Shown: positions 48,220-57,784, numbered from the stretch's first letter. The stretch: 64,000 nt of DNA from an uncultured virus (IMG/VR IMGVR_UViG_3300024935_000002) (IMGVR_UViG_3300024935_000002), one strand, 5' to 3'. Numbers and translations: made by a program. Notes: generated from the letters alone by a model not told the origin.

Positions 48220-49329
48220 TTACGCGGCTGCCTTAGCCTGCACGGCCTCGATGTGGCGCACCATGGCGGCCAGGATCAGAGGGAAATCGGCCTCGCGGTA
48301 CACGCCATGGGCGCCCACCTTGCCAGCAGGTTCAAAGCCCAGGATGCGCAAGCCCTCGGCGCTGGTGGTGATGGCGCCGCCCAGGCGCTCATTGATCGTG
48401 CCCAGCTTGAGGCCGGGAGCTGCTGCTTCCTGAACAGGCGCGGGCGCGGGGGCGTTGCGGGCGGCGGCCCAACTGCTCACGCGCTGGCGGGCCGGGGCGA
48501 GCGGGTCAACTTGCTCGGCCGCAGGCTGCACTATCTGATCTGCGGTGGGCCCACCCCATGGCTCTACCTCGAACGCCGTGTAATCCGCGGCTGGTGCTGC
48601 TGCGGGTGGCTCCACCGGGGCAGGGGCTGGCGCGGGTGCCTGGGCGGCCAGCTTGGCGCGGGCTTCTTCAAGTTCTTTTTGCAGGCGGGCGTTTTCGATA
48701 CGGGTCTTTTCGCTCTCGACCATGGCCAGCAGGCGCTGCACGGTGGCGAGGCATGCTGCCTCGGCTTCCTTGGCGAATTCCTCCCATTCCTCGCCAAAGG
48801 TCATTGCGCCCAGGGTGGCAATGGCGTTCTCGATCACTTCCACCGGCTGGCCCTCGGCCTGCTCCACGTAGGCCTTGAGCTGTTCGATGTTGGCGCGATG
48901 GGCGCCGACACGCTCGGCCTCCTCGCGGTCGCGCTCGGCCTTCTCATCGGCCTTGCGCTTTTCCTCGGCCTTGATCTGGGCATCAATGGCATCTTCGACC
49001 GGCTTCACGATGGCGATCAGGCGCTCCACTTCGTCGCCCATCACCTTCTTGAGTTCGTTCACGTCCGCTTTCACGGAGGCCTCGGTGCGGGTCAGCATGC
49101 GCCGGCCGTTGTCGCGCAGATCCGCGCGGGCCGCCTTAGCGTCGGCCATGCCCTTTGAGTCGGCTACGCTGTAAACCACGTCGCGGTACTTCTCCGCCAT
49201 GGCGGTCAGCCCTGCCTCGGTGTCCTTGAACTGGGCCAGCACCGTGTCCTTGATGGACATAGGCTTGGCCGCGATGTTGGTGGCCTGCTGTTGCGCCACG
49301 GCGGTGGTGGGGGTTGCGGTTTCAGTCAT
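48220..49329 (-). CDS. Coiled-coil protein of the recombination module
   Basis: Helical, downstream of the exonuclease. Confidence 0.6.
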   Translation of the reverse strand: MTETATPTTAVAQQQATNIAAKPMSIKDTVLAQFKDTEAGLTAMAEKYRDVVYSVADSKGMADAKAARADLRDNGRRMLTRTEASVKADVNELKKVMGDEVERLIAIVKPVEDAIDAQIKAEEKRKADEKAERDREEAERVGAHRANIEQLKAYVEQAEGQPVEVIENAIATLGAMTFGEEWEEFAKEAEAACLATVQRLLAMVESEKTRIENARLQKELEEARAKLAAQAPAPAPAPVEPPAAAPAADYTAFEVEPWGGPTADQIVQPAAEQVDPLAPARQRVSSWAAARNAPAPAPVQEAAAPGLKLGTINERLGGAITTSAEGLRILGFEPAGKVGAHGVYREADFPLILAAMVRHIEAVQAKAAA

Positions 49330-49338
49330 GAAATCTCC

Positions 49339-50073
49339 TCAGAAAAGGGTTGGCAGCAGCACGCGCGAGGCGGCTGTGCTGGAAAGTTGTGGGGGTGGGG
49401 TGACAACCTTGGCCTGAACGTCGATCACGTCCATGCGGTGTGTGTCGTCAAACTCGCGGATCAGCTGCTCGTAGTACGCGCTGGCAGCCTCACAGCGGTG
49501 GCGGATGAGCGATTCCTTCTGGAAGTCGCGTTCAATGACCCAGGTGGTCAATCGGTGCTGTGGCGGGATGTGGTCAACCAGGTGCTGATCCATGGGCTCG
49601 TTGCGGATCAGCTCGTGCGGGGTGTTCACCATCACGTAGTTCACTTCCCACTCGTCGGCATCCCAGAGCATCATGTAGCCGCGCATTTGCCAGTCGTAGA
49701 GCGGGTCGATGGCGTCAACGGTCCATGCCGGGAAGGTCTTGAGGGACCATGGTGCTTTGATGTCGTGCCCACGGCGCCGGGGAGCGTCGAACAGGTCGCA
49801 CTCGCCGGTGATCCACTCGTTGCGGCGGCGCTCGGTGTTCTTCGCCAGATTCAGGCCGCGCACCTTGTTCAGCAGGGCGATGGCGGTGTTCTCCACCGCA
49901 ATGCCCTTGTCGGTTTCCTTGCTGGACACCTCAAACTCCACGCTGAACAGTTCTTCCTTGACCAGCTGGCGGATGTAGGAGCGCGCGCCCATGGACAGAT
50001 CGCCCTCGGCCCTGGTGCGCGGCTCCGTCATCAGGTGACCCAGGCTGGAGCAGCGGAAACGAATGTCACGCAT
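49339..50073 (-). CDS. YqaJ/lambda-exonuclease-like nuclease
   Basis: RCSSL, KGIAVE, GECD, DIKAPW, WQMRGYM. Confidence 0.75.
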   Translation of the reverse strand: MRDIRFRCSSLGHLMTEPRTRAEGDLSMGARSYIRQLVKEELFSVEFEVSSKETDKGIAVENTAIALLNKVRGLNLAKNTERRRNEWITGECDLFDAPRRRGHDIKAPWSLKTFPAWTVDAIDPLYDWQMRGYMMLWDADEWEVNYVMVNTPHELIRNEPMDQHLVDHIPPQHRLTTWVIERDFQKESLIRHRCEAASAYYEQLIREFDDTHRMDVIDVQAKVVTPPPQLSSTAASRVLLPTLF

Positions 50074-50905
50074 GGGCACGTCGCGTCTGTTGCGGGTCAG
50101 CGGGCAGGCTGTTGCCGTGCTGGGTGATGATTTGCATCAGCGACTGGTAGCCCTCAAAGTCCTTCGCATCCTGGAAGGTCTTTCGGGCTTGGCGCATCAC
50201 GTCGGTGAGCACTGCGCGCGTCTTGGTGGATTTGACCTTCTCGGTCCACTGCTCCAGCATCGTTTTTTCGGGCCCCTGGCCGTTGCCAGCGCTGTTCCCG
50301 TCGTCGTCGTCCTCGCCAACGGCCACGTTGAAGATGTCTTTGAGCAAGTAGCGTTTGGCGTAGGTCTTGCCTGAGCCCACGGCGTGCGTTTTGGTCATCA
50401 CGTCGCCGCCCTTGGCTCCCTTGCCATCTGCAGGTATGTCGCACCGGTAAGTGCGGGTATGACCGGCGATGTGCGACACATAGCAAAGCACCCGGATATG
50501 ACCGTCAGGCGCTCCATCGGCCTGGTCAAAGCTCAAGGCAAACCCATGGCTTGTGTAGATCGGCCGGATGTGGCGGTCCAGCTGTGCATAGGAGGCGTAA
50601 AGGCTGCGGGTCTGCGGGTTGACGGCATCTGCAGACACACGGCCCATGCGGCTTTGGGCTGCGGCCATGGCCGCGTTGAATTGCTGCTCAGCATCCCGAG
50701 CTGCGATGTGCTCGTGCATTCCGAGCAGCCTCTCCATCTTCTCTATGTTCACACTGGGGTCGTGTGCTGCGGAAATGATGGCCTGCGTCAGCGCCGAAGA
50801 ATCAGAGCGGGTCACCTCGGTGGAGCGTTGCTGCACGGGGGTCGGATGCGTTTCAAGGGGCGTCAATGTCAGCCCATCGGCGGTTGCAGTTGCGGCATCG
50901 TTCAT
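50066..50905 (-). CDS. erf: ERF-family ssDNA annealing protein
   Basis: GSGKTYAKRYLL...GEDDDDG. Confidence 0.85.
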   Translation of the reverse strand: MNDAATATADGLTLTPLETHPTPVQQRSTEVTRSDSSALTQAIISAAHDPSVNIEKMERLLGMHEHIAARDAEQQFNAAMAAAQSRMGRVSADAVNPQTRSLYASYAQLDRHIRPIYTSHGFALSFDQADGAPDGHIRVLCYVSHIAGHTRTYRCDIPADGKGAKGGDVMTKTHAVGSGKTYAKRYLLKDIFNVAVGEDDDDGNSAGNGQGPEKTMLEQWTEKVKSTKTRAVLTDVMRQARKTFQDAKDFEGYQSLMQIITQHGNSLPADPQQTRRAHA

Positions 50906-50912
50906 GTGAACC

Positions 50913-51011
50913 TCACGGAATGAATGGTTGGTGAACCCAGGCCATGTAGAAGGCCAGGGCAGCGGCGTGGAAAAAGAACAGGGCGGCGGCCAGGAGCAGG
51001 ACTGTTTTCAT
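50913..51011 (-). CDS. 32-aa hydrophobic peptide
   Basis: MKTVLLLAAALFFFHAAALAFYMAWVHQPFIP, ATGA overlap. Confidence 0.5.
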   Translation of the reverse strand: MKTVLLLAAALFFFHAAALAFYMAWVHQPFIP

Positions 51012-51229
51012 GGCTTCTTCCACTGCACCCAGGCGCCACGCAGATAGACAGCGCTGTAGGCGACGGATAGGGCCAGCAGGCCCCAGGCCGATGACTGCAG
51101 CGCAAAGGTGATCCAGAAAGGCTGCCCGCACAGGCCTACGATGGGCGCCCAGCGCCGGGCTCGCGCGTTGTTTCCCGTGGCCATGTAGAGGGCGGTCAGC
51201 CCGAAGAATGCGAGGGCGAGCTGGATCAT
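51008..51229 (-). CDS. Small membrane protein
   Basis: Hydrophobic; GLCGQPFW motif. Confidence 0.6.
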   Translation of the reverse strand: MIQLALAFFGLTALYMATGNNARARRWAPIVGLCGQPFWITFALQSSAWGLLALSVAYSAVYLRGAWVQWKKP

Positions 51230-51411
51230 TTGGAGCTACCCCAGACATGCCGTGTGCACACCGGGCAGATGACGAACCAACGGGCGCCATCGCGTGGATC
51301 TGGTGACCACTGCACCTCGGAGTGCTTGAATTCCAGCTCGCTCTTGCAGTGGCCGCAGGTTTCGCGGTGAATCTGCTCGTCTGGCAGCTTGCCTTGCTTG
51401 ATGACCTTCAC
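51226..51411 (-). CDS. Zn-ribbon protein
   Basis: CGHC...CPVC; GTGA overlap. Confidence 0.55.
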   Translation of the reverse strand: MKVIKQGKLPDEQIHRETCGHCKSELEFKHSEVQWSPDPRDGARWFVICPVCTRHVWGSSK

Positions 51412-51992
51412 GGCAGCCTCCGAAACTCGACTACCCACACCCAGGGGTTGGCGTCCCAGCTGCCTGGACCGTTGATGGATTCCCACAGCGCGCGAAACAT
51501 GGCGCGCGGGATCGTCTCGCCTGGGGCGCTGGTCATGGGGCAGCCGATGGCGGATGGCAGTGCGCCACAGCCCTCGTCAACGCAATCGGCGTCGCTGATG
51601 TCCTGCAGCCGCTCCACGCGCACGCGGGTGATTTCCAGGGTGATGCGGCTGACCCAGCGGGGCATGAACATGCTCGGGCGCAGCTTCCCGAATCCAGGCT
51701 GGTGCGGGGCGTCGGCCTCGTACCAAATGCGATGTGCCGGGGTCAGCTCGCGTGGTGGCAGGTGATCCACGGCAGAAACTGTGCGCCACGCCTCACGCAC
51801 CCGTAAGCGGTCGCCGGGGACGCCGTAGGGGCACATTGCATTTTCGGGCAGCGCCACGAACTCAGGCGTGAAGCCATCGCGTTCAAGCCAGTCCAGGGCT
51901 GCGCCTTTCACGATCCGCCGCGTCATCAACTTGATGTCGCTCAGCGTGGCGCGCACCATTGGCACTTTGAAGGGAAGGGGGCGCTCTTTCAT
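51408..51992 (-). CDS. ASCH/PUA-like phage protein
   Basis: MVRA..K.MTRR, GDRLRVREAW, NPWVWVVEF. Confidence 0.7.
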   Translation of the reverse strand: MKERPLPFKVPMVRATLSDIKLMTRRIVKGAALDWLERDGFTPEFVALPENAMCPYGVPGDRLRVREAWRTVSAVDHLPPRELTPAHRIWYEADAPHQPGFGKLRPSMFMPRWVSRITLEITRVRVERLQDISDADCVDEGCGALPSAIGCPMTSAPGETIPRAMFRALWESINGPGSWDANPWVWVVEFRRLP

Positions 51993-52237
51993 GGCTGCAC
52001 GCCCCGCGCCACCATTCCGGCTGCAACATCAGCGCGAGCGCGGCGCTCGGGCGTCCAAAGGTCGGGGCGCTCTTGCTGCGCCTGTGCCAGTGCATCCCGC
52101 AGGTTTGCAGCGTTGTCGGCCTCGGATTCCCAGTCTGCGGGGCCGTCCAGCAGGTAGCTGCCGCCCAAGAGATACGAGGTCAACAGAACTGCTGCGGCGA
52201 TACAGAAAAAAGCCTTGAGGTTTTCAAAGGGGGGCAT
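51989..52237 (-). CDS. Hypothetical membrane-anchored protein
   Basis: N-terminal hydrophobic segment, coupled. Confidence 0.55.
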   Translation of the reverse strand: MPPFENLKAFFCIAAAVLLTSYLLGGSYLLDGPADWESEADNAANLRDALAQAQQERPDLWTPERRARADVAAGMVARGVQP

Positions 52238-52416
52238 CAGGGTTCTCCTTGTTCAAGTGCGTCCGGGTCCAGATCCGCGCCAATGGCCGCAGCCTCTCTC
52301 TGGCGCTGGGTGGCGGCTTCATTGCGGCGCTTGGTTTCAGCCTGTGCTTCCTGGGATGCGGCAAGGGCATCGCGGCTGGTGCTGGTGAAGTGCGGGGAGT
52401 TGATGGGGTCGATCAC
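52237..52416 (-). CDS. Hypothetical protein
   Basis: GTG start, coupled. Confidence 0.45.
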   Translation of the reverse strand: MIDPINSPHFTSTSRDALAASQEAQAETKRRNEAATQRQREAAAIGADLDPDALEQGEP

Positions 52417-52652
52417 TTCTCGCTCCCAAAGCCGCGCACGGTGATTTGCAGGTTCTCGCCGTATCTCTGCACCGAGAAATCCTTTTCGATCAGGGCGATA
52501 CACATGGCTCCAACCCGCTCGCGGATGGCCTTCTCTGCTTGCGCTACTGCCTGTTGAATGGCGGGCTCTGCCGCGCGCTGCATTTCGGCCGACATTTCCG
52601 CTTTCAGGCGTGCCAGTGCGTTGTCGGCGTGGATGAATGTCTTCGTGCTCAC
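52413..52652 (-). CDS. Hypothetical protein
   Basis: GTG start, coupled. Confidence 0.5.
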   Translation of the reverse strand: MSTKTFIHADNALARLKAEMSAEMQRAAEPAIQQAVAQAEKAIRERVGAMCIALIEKDFSVQRYGENLQITVRGFGSEK

Positions 52653-52846
52653 GACCACACCCCCATGTGCGCGTTGTGCTGGACCTGATCGACCAGCGCG
52701 CGGTGGTAGCGGGGATCGCTGGCCTCCAGTGCCGCCACATCGGCCCAGGCCTTGCTGCGCAGGCGCTGCAGCTCCTGCTCGGAAATCGGCGGCGGTGCGC
52801 CAGGGATGCGCAGCAGCGGCTGCACAGTGGTGTGTACGTTTTGCAT
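52649..52846 (-). CDS. Hypothetical protein
   Basis: GGAGG RBS. Confidence 0.5.
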   Translation of the reverse strand: MQNVHTTVQPLLRIPGAPPPISEQELQRLRSKAWADVAALEASDPRYHRALVDQVQHNAHMGVWS

Positions 52847-53023
52847 TGCGCCTCCTGGGCGTAAAAAAGCCCGCGTGGTGCGGGCTGGGGAGAAAAAACC
52901 GCTGCCCTTGCGGGGCCTGCCGGGGGAACACAAAGGAGGGAGGGAGGAGACACCCCCGGCGCGGTTGGAAAGGTTCGGGACGTGTCCCACCAATGCCCCG
53001 CACGCGAGGCATGGATGGTTGTG

Positions 53024-53134
53024 TCAGGTGCGGCGGCGGCGCTCCACCCACCGGCCAAGGCGATAGGCCGCGTAGAAGATCGCAGCCGTCCAGGCGGCCA
53101 GCCCACCGCCTATCAGCGTGGTGATGAGCGCCAT
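53024..53134 (-). CDS. 36-aa TM peptide with Arg tail (not in ORF track)
   Basis: MALITTLIGGGLAAWTAAIFYAAYRLGRWVERRRRT. Confidence 0.45.
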   Translation of the reverse strand: MALITTLIGGGLAAWTAAIFYAAYRLGRWVERRRRT

Positions 53135-53137
53135 TGG

Positions 53138-53557
53138 CTACTTGCCGATGCGGGGGACGGGGAAGGGCGCTTGCGAATTGCAGGTTCCGTTTTGCTTCGC
53201 AAGGTTGGTGTTCTTGTCGAAGTCTTCCTTGCGGTAGCAGCCCACGCTTTGCGAGAACGTGGAGCACATCAGCACCGTCTTGTCCACCTGCTTGCCTTCG
53301 ACACGCATGATGGACAGCTCTGCCCAGCCGTCGCCCTGGGGGCAGTTGGGCGATTGCATGTCGTCGCTGCGGCTCACGATGGTGAAGTCCGAGGTGAAAC
53401 GCGGGTTCTGCGCCTTGTAGAGCGCCGCGTTGAACTCGGCATTGGCCTTGGCCGTCTGCCGGGCTTCTTCCAGCCGGTCGAACGGCACTTCTTTGTCGCC
53501 GCACGCGGCCATGGCCATGGCTGCGACAGCTGCCAAGGCGATCAGGGAGGTCTTCAT
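53138..53557 (-). CDS. Early lipoprotein
   Basis: MKTSLIALAAVAAMAMAAC lipobox; AAGGA RBS. Confidence 0.7.
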   Translation of the reverse strand: MKTSLIALAAVAAMAMAACGDKEVPFDRLEEARQTAKANAEFNAALYKAQNPRFTSDFTIVSRSDDMQSPNCPQGDGWAELSIMRVEGKQVDKTVLMCSTFSQSVGCYRKEDFDKNTNLAKQNGTCNSQAPFPVPRIGK

Positions 53558-54106
53558 ATGGTTCCTTGTCAAACGCCGCTGGGGCAGGCGGCAACAAACC
53601 CCGCGCATGACCTGCCCGCAGGGCATGCACTGGTTCTGTTGTCAAAGGGAGGAATGGGTGGGCTACTCGCCGGGGGATTCACGCACCGTCCAAAGTTTGT
53701 GAAGTGGCTTTTGCCCGTATGGATTGATGGCGGCGCCATCACGACGGTGGGCTGGTGCTCTCTTTCCGCTTGATCCTGCGGCGAGTCACATTGCTCCAAT
53801 CCACCTGCGTGATGGCCCTCTTGCGAGGGCATCCCGGCATCTGGTAGCCGTGTCGCTGCATCAACATGCAGCACCGTTTCCGTGGTGTCAGCCCCTTGCG
53901 GGGTTCCCATCCCGTTTACCGCGCTTCGGCGGACTGGGAACCGCCTCGGATCTCGGCGGCGCATAGCTTCGGCCCATGCCCGAAGGTGCTCTTTCGCCGG
54001 ACGAAGGCCCCGCAGGTGGGGCCAGCAACATCGGCGTGCATTTTTTGAAAGAGCCTCCGGTGTGCGCCGATCCACCCACCTGAGCCGTTGTTGACGGCGT
54101 AGGCGA

Positions 54107-54156
54107 AATATAACAAGTGTTGATTGTGCGGTCAACAAGTGTTTTTAACATTCGTT
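54107..54156 (-). promoter_or_regulatory. PL promoter with OL operators
   Basis: TTGACC-17-TATATT on minus strand; AACAAGTGTT at 54112 and 54134, AACATTCGTT at 54147. Confidence 0.8.
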
Positions 54157-54199
54157 GATTTCATTGAATTTCGGGAAACTATCGGCTCAGACGGGCAAC

Positions 54200-54222
54200 A
54201 AAAAACCGCCTCACGGGCGGTT
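54200..54222 (-). terminator. Terminator of the cI operon
   Basis: AACCGCC hairpin followed by a T tract on the minus strand. Confidence 0.7.
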
Positions 54223-54256
54223 GTGTTGTGGCAACGAGTTGTGGGCCTCTGGGCGC

Positions 54257-54550
54257 CTATCGGCGGTCTTTTCGGCACTCTCTCACATCTACCAAGGTCT
54301 TAAAGCGGTGGTCCTCTCTCGTGATCCACTGCATGTTGTTGGGCCTGTCAGCACCTCCAGCACATAGCGCAATCACATGATCCACATGCCACCCCGGACA
54401 GGCGCCGCGCGTGCGGCCAGTGGCTGGGCACGGGTGCTCGGCGCGGAACGCGCGCACCTGGGAACGGTCGCGCTCTGTTCTTGCGCCAGCCATCTGTGGC
54501 CATGCGCAAAGCACAGCGAACAGCATGAGTGTCGGTTTTGCCAGGCTCAA
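54257..54550 (-). CDS. Signal-peptide HNH-like protein co-transcribed with cI
   Basis: TTGA overlap with the cI stop; signal peptide; VDHVIAL..GGAD..NNMQW. Confidence 0.65.
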   Translation of the reverse strand: MSLAKPTLMLFAVLCAWPQMAGARTERDRSQVRAFRAEHPCPATGRTRGACPGWHVDHVIALCAGGADRPNNMQWITREDHRFKTLVDVRECRKDRR

Positions 54551-55305
54551 TACTGTTCGCTGCGCCACACCGTCAGTACCTTGCCCAAAATCTCGAAATG
54601 CGGATTCTTGGGTGACATAGGGTAAGGGGGGTAGTCCGGGTTCTTGGAAATGATATTCAGCATCACGCCGTCCCCATGAGGGTCTGGCACACGCTGGATC
54701 ATTTTGATAAACCCTTCGTCACCGACGCGGAAGAAATATACGCCCTCGTGGGTCACGGTCTTCACGCCAATGTCCACCAGCAGCGGGTCGCCGGGGTTGA
54801 ACATGGGCCGCATGGATGGCCCAAAGCCAGTAACGATGCAGAGGTTGCGAACGCCAGTATGGGATGGAACATTCAGGCGCAGCCAATCGTGAGACACGCG
54901 CCAACTCTTGATGATGCCTGGCTGGTCGTCCAGCATCAGGCGCCCGGTGGTGTCCATGCCGCCACCCGTATCGTACTCGGCGATGACCAAATCAGGAGGG
55001 GCGCCCGGTGCTCCAGACGGAGCCTCGTGAGGTGCTGGTGCTGGAGCAAGGATGTTGGTGGCCACTCCTTGTGAATCCAGCGCGGCAGCGGGGATCATGC
55101 TGCCCAACTCTGAGCGCAGCCATTCATGGCTGATCTTGTCCGCAGGGAAGCCGCGAATCAGATCCTCCTTGTAGTTTGTCCTGTCACTGCCGCGCGTAGT
55201 TATCGCGCTGATCGTCGGCATAGCAACGGAGGTGCGGCCCGCAAGGTCAGAAGGGCCCCAACCCAAGTGTTTTAAGGCTGCATCCAGCCGCTCTCCGAAT
55301 TTCAT
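54547..55305 (-). CDS. cI: CI-like repressor (HTH plus S24 peptidase)
   Basis: N-terminal HTH; GPSMRP and FIKMI autocleavage motifs. Confidence 0.9.
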   Translation of the reverse strand: MKFGERLDAALKHLGWGPSDLAGRTSVAMPTISAITTRGSDRTNYKEDLIRGFPADKISHEWLRSELGSMIPAAALDSQGVATNILAPAPAPHEAPSGAPGAPPDLVIAEYDTGGGMDTTGRLMLDDQPGIIKSWRVSHDWLRLNVPSHTGVRNLCIVTGFGPSMRPMFNPGDPLLVDIGVKTVTHEGVYFFRVGDEGFIKMIQRVPDPHGDGVMLNIISKNPDYPPYPMSPKNPHFEILGKVLTVWRSEQY

Positions 55306-55311
55306 TGCTCT

Positions 55312-55395
55312 AGCCTAAAACAAATGTTGAAAACAAGGGTTGATGCCTAAATCAACAAGTGTTATTCTCAAGGGATGAGTAACACAACACCTGTT
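55312..55395. promoter_or_regulatory. OR region: PR and operators
   Basis: TTGATG-17-TATTCT; AACAnnTGTT-type palindromes at 55319, 55332, 55354 and 55386. Confidence 0.8.
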
Positions 55396-55647
55396 GATGC
55401 ATTGATCGAAGCGGTGAAGCTCGCTGGCGGTCAATCTGCGCTGGCCGAAAAGCTGTCAGCACTGGCGCCCAGCCCGGTTTCCCAGGCTCGGGTTTGGAAC
55501 TGGGTCAACCGCGATCAGCGAGCGCCAGCAGAAATGTGCCCGTTCATTGAGCGCCTGACCGGAGTTCAGTGCGAGCGCTTGCACCCTGATGTCGATTGGG
55601 CGTACTTGCGCAACGGAGCCGCCACACAAGCGAAGGAGGCCGCGTAA
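55375..55647 (+). CDS. cro: Cro-like (YdaS) regulator
   Basis: GGQSALA..VSQARVWNW...LHPDVDW, divergent from cI. Confidence 0.85.
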   Translation: MSNTTPVDALIEAVKLAGGQSALAEKLSALAPSPVSQARVWNWVNRDQRAPAEMCPFIERLTGVQCERLHPDVDWAYLRNGAATQAKEAA

Positions 55648-56064
55648 ATGGCCGACTCCTTGAACCGCCAAGAGCAGGACATTGCGGACCAGATCCGCGC
55701 ACTGCTGGCCCAGCTCCCCCCCGATGGCGTGACTCGCGTTCTCGCGGACGTTGAGGAACACCTCGACGCCGAAGCCCAAGATGGGCCAGTGTTTGCCCGT
55801 GGACGCCCCCACGGCCCCATGGGCAAGCTGGACACCCCCATCAAGACCTGGCTGGACGAAGGCACCGCAGAGCTGTTCTCCCGCAAGGCGGCCATGCGCC
55901 ACCAGGAGGCCTCCGCAGCGCTGCGCGACTGCGCCTACGCATGGGTGCATGGCAAAACCTACACGTTGATGGCGGCTGAAAAAGCATTGCATGACGCTGA
56001 TGCTATGGACATTCGTGAGCAGATGGCAGTGCCATTTGCGGGCCGCGAAATCGGAGGGCGCTGA
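55648..56064 (+). CDS. Hypothetical regulator (cII position)
   Basis: AAGGAGG RBS; position only. Confidence 0.55.
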   Translation: MADSLNRQEQDIADQIRALLAQLPPDGVTRVLADVEEHLDAEAQDGPVFARGRPHGPMGKLDTPIKTWLDEGTAELFSRKAAMRHQEASAALRDCAYAWVHGKTYTLMAAEKALHDADAMDIREQMAVPFAGREIGGR

Positions 56065-56255
56065 TGAGCCTCTGGAACCGCGCAAAGCCCTTGAATCAAC
56101 CGCCCGGCTTTCGCCGCGTAGGGCACACCAACACACATTCCGCGCTGGCTGACACGCCGGAGCACCACGCGGCGCGTGCTCTGCAGGCTGCACAGCACGG
56201 GCGCGAGCTGGCTGTGAGCCGCCAGGGCGGACGCCGCGCCGTGGTGCGGGGGTAG
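56064..56255 (+). CDS. Hypothetical protein
   Basis: TGATG overlap. Confidence 0.45.
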   Translation: MSLWNRAKPLNQPPGFRRVGHTNTHSALADTPEHHAARALQAAQHGRELAVSRQGGRRAVVRG

Positions 56256-56261
56256 GGACTG

Positions 56262-57317
56262 ATGAGCCTTTTGTTCAGCAAAGACGAAATCCTGCTGGTG
56301 AACCGCAAGCTCGCGGCCCTCATCGGCTTGAATGAGGCCATCGTGCTCCAGCAGATCCACTACTGGATCAAGAAGAAGGGTGGCGGGGTTGAGCACGCCG
56401 GTAGCCGCTGGGTTTTCAACTCCCTGGAGCGCTGGCACGAGCAGTTCCCATTTTGGTCGCAAGACACGATCAAGCGCACGCTTGCCGCCCTCAAATCCAA
56501 GGGGCTGGTGAAGGTCGAAAAGCTGTCCGAAGTCGGCCGCGACCGGACCAACTACTACACCATCGACTACGCGCAAATTGCACTGATGGAAGCGGGCAAT
56601 TTGCACCAATGCATCGGTGCAAATTGCACCAATGGAACAGGGCAATCTGCACCGATGGAACAGGGCAAGTTGCACCAATCGATCAGTGCAAATTGCACCG
56701 ATGACTGTATAGATACAAAGACTACTACAAAGACTACTACAAAGAATATTACGACCAAGGCTGACGCCGTGGTCGAGCCGATGCGGGTGACGGACAAGAA
56801 GGGTGTCGTCCATGAAATCCCTGCCGATCTGCGCTACCCCGGCAGCAAGACCAAAACCCACGACGCATGGTGCGCCTACGCCATCGCGTACCACACCCGC
56901 TACGGCGCATGGCCCGTGTGGAATGCCACCGTGGCCGGTCAGGTGAGCCAGTTCATCGACCGCGTGGGCGTCGAGCGCGCCCCCCGCGTGGCTTACCACT
57001 ACGTCGCCAAGGTGCAGGAGCCTTTCGTGGTCAAGCAGATGCACCCCGTAAAGCTGCTGCTGTCGGACGCAGAGAAGTGGGCAACCCAGTGCCAAACCGG
57101 CACCGCTGGTGGGCCCCCAGCGCCTGACGCACCCACCGAAACCTTTGCCCAGCGCGCTGCCCGCCAGCGCATGGAGGAAGTCGCCCCGGGCGTTGCCCGC
57201 AAGGCCCCCGGCGCAGAGAGCGGCTTTGAGGCTGCCCAGCGCTTCATGGCTGGAGGGCCGGTCATCGACGTTCAGGCGCGCGAGGCCGCGCCGCGCATTG
57301 AAGGAGCAGCAGCATGA
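56262..57317 (+). CDS. Replication initiator
   Basis: IGLNEAIVLQQIHYW wHTH, RTNYYTIDY, internal iterons. Confidence 0.85.
   Translation: MSLLFSKDEILLVNRKLAALIGLNEAIVLQQIHYWIKKKGGGVEHAGSRWVFNSLERWHEQFPFWSQDTIKRTLAALKSKGLVKVEKLSEVGRDRTNYYTIDYAQIALMEAGNLHQCIGANCTNGTGQSAPMEQGKLHQSISANCTDDCIDTKTTTKTTTKNITTKADAVVEPMRVTDKKGVVHEIPADLRYPGSKTKTHDAWCAYAIAYHTRYGAWPVWNATVAGQVSQFIDRVGVERAPRVAYHYVAKVQEPFVVKQMHPVKLLLSDAEKWATQCQTGTAGGPPAPDAPTETFAQRAARQRMEEVAPGVARKAPGAESGFEAAQRFMAGGPVIDVQAREAAPRIEGAAA
56573..56750 (+). repeat. Replication origin: six 23-bp-periodic iterons and AT-rich 12-bp tandem
   Basis: GCAAnYTGCACYRAT at 56573, 56596, 56619, 56642, 56665 and 56688, then TACAAAGACTAC repeats. Confidence 0.85.
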
Positions 57318-57784
57318 CAAGCCCTGAATTCATGGTCGTCATCGACGCCATTTTCGACAAGCTCACTGTGCGCTATGGCCACGAGTGGCTGCGCCAGTGG
57401 GATGGCATGGACATGGCATTCGTCAAAGCCGACTGGGCCGAGGAACTGAGCGGCTACGCCAACAACCTGGAGCCGCTTCGGTACGCCCTGCGCCACCTGC
57501 CGGAGCGCTGCCCTACGAACGTGGGCCAGCTCAAGAAGATCGCCAACCTGTGCCCACCGCCCGTGTTCAAGGCGCTGCCCGCGCCCAAGGCGGATGAGGC
57601 GGTGGTGTCGGCGCAGGTGGCAAAGCAACTGGAACTCAAGCAGGCGCTGGCGCCCAAGGCCGACGAGAAGGGCTGGGCCCGCACCATCGTTCAGCGCGCC
57701 GAGGCCGGAGACAAGATCCTGCCGTTCACGCTGCAGAGCGCACGCCAGGCCCTGGGCCTGGAAGGGCGGGCAGCATGGCAGTGA
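57314..57784 (+). CDS. Replication accessory protein (P position)
   Basis: Coupled to the initiator. Confidence 0.55.
   Translation: MTSPEFMVVIDAIFDKLTVRYGHEWLRQWDGMDMAFVKADWAEELSGYANNLEPLRYALRHLPERCPTNVGQLKKIANLCPPPVFKALPAPKADEAVVSAQVAKQLELKQALAPKADEKGWARTIVQRAEAGDKILPFTLQSARQALGLEGRAAWQ

Noticed and set aside
56573..56703. Regularly spaced repeats resembling a CRISPR array
   Set aside because: 23-bp period leaves no spacers; they lie inside the initiator gene and fit iterons; no cas genes
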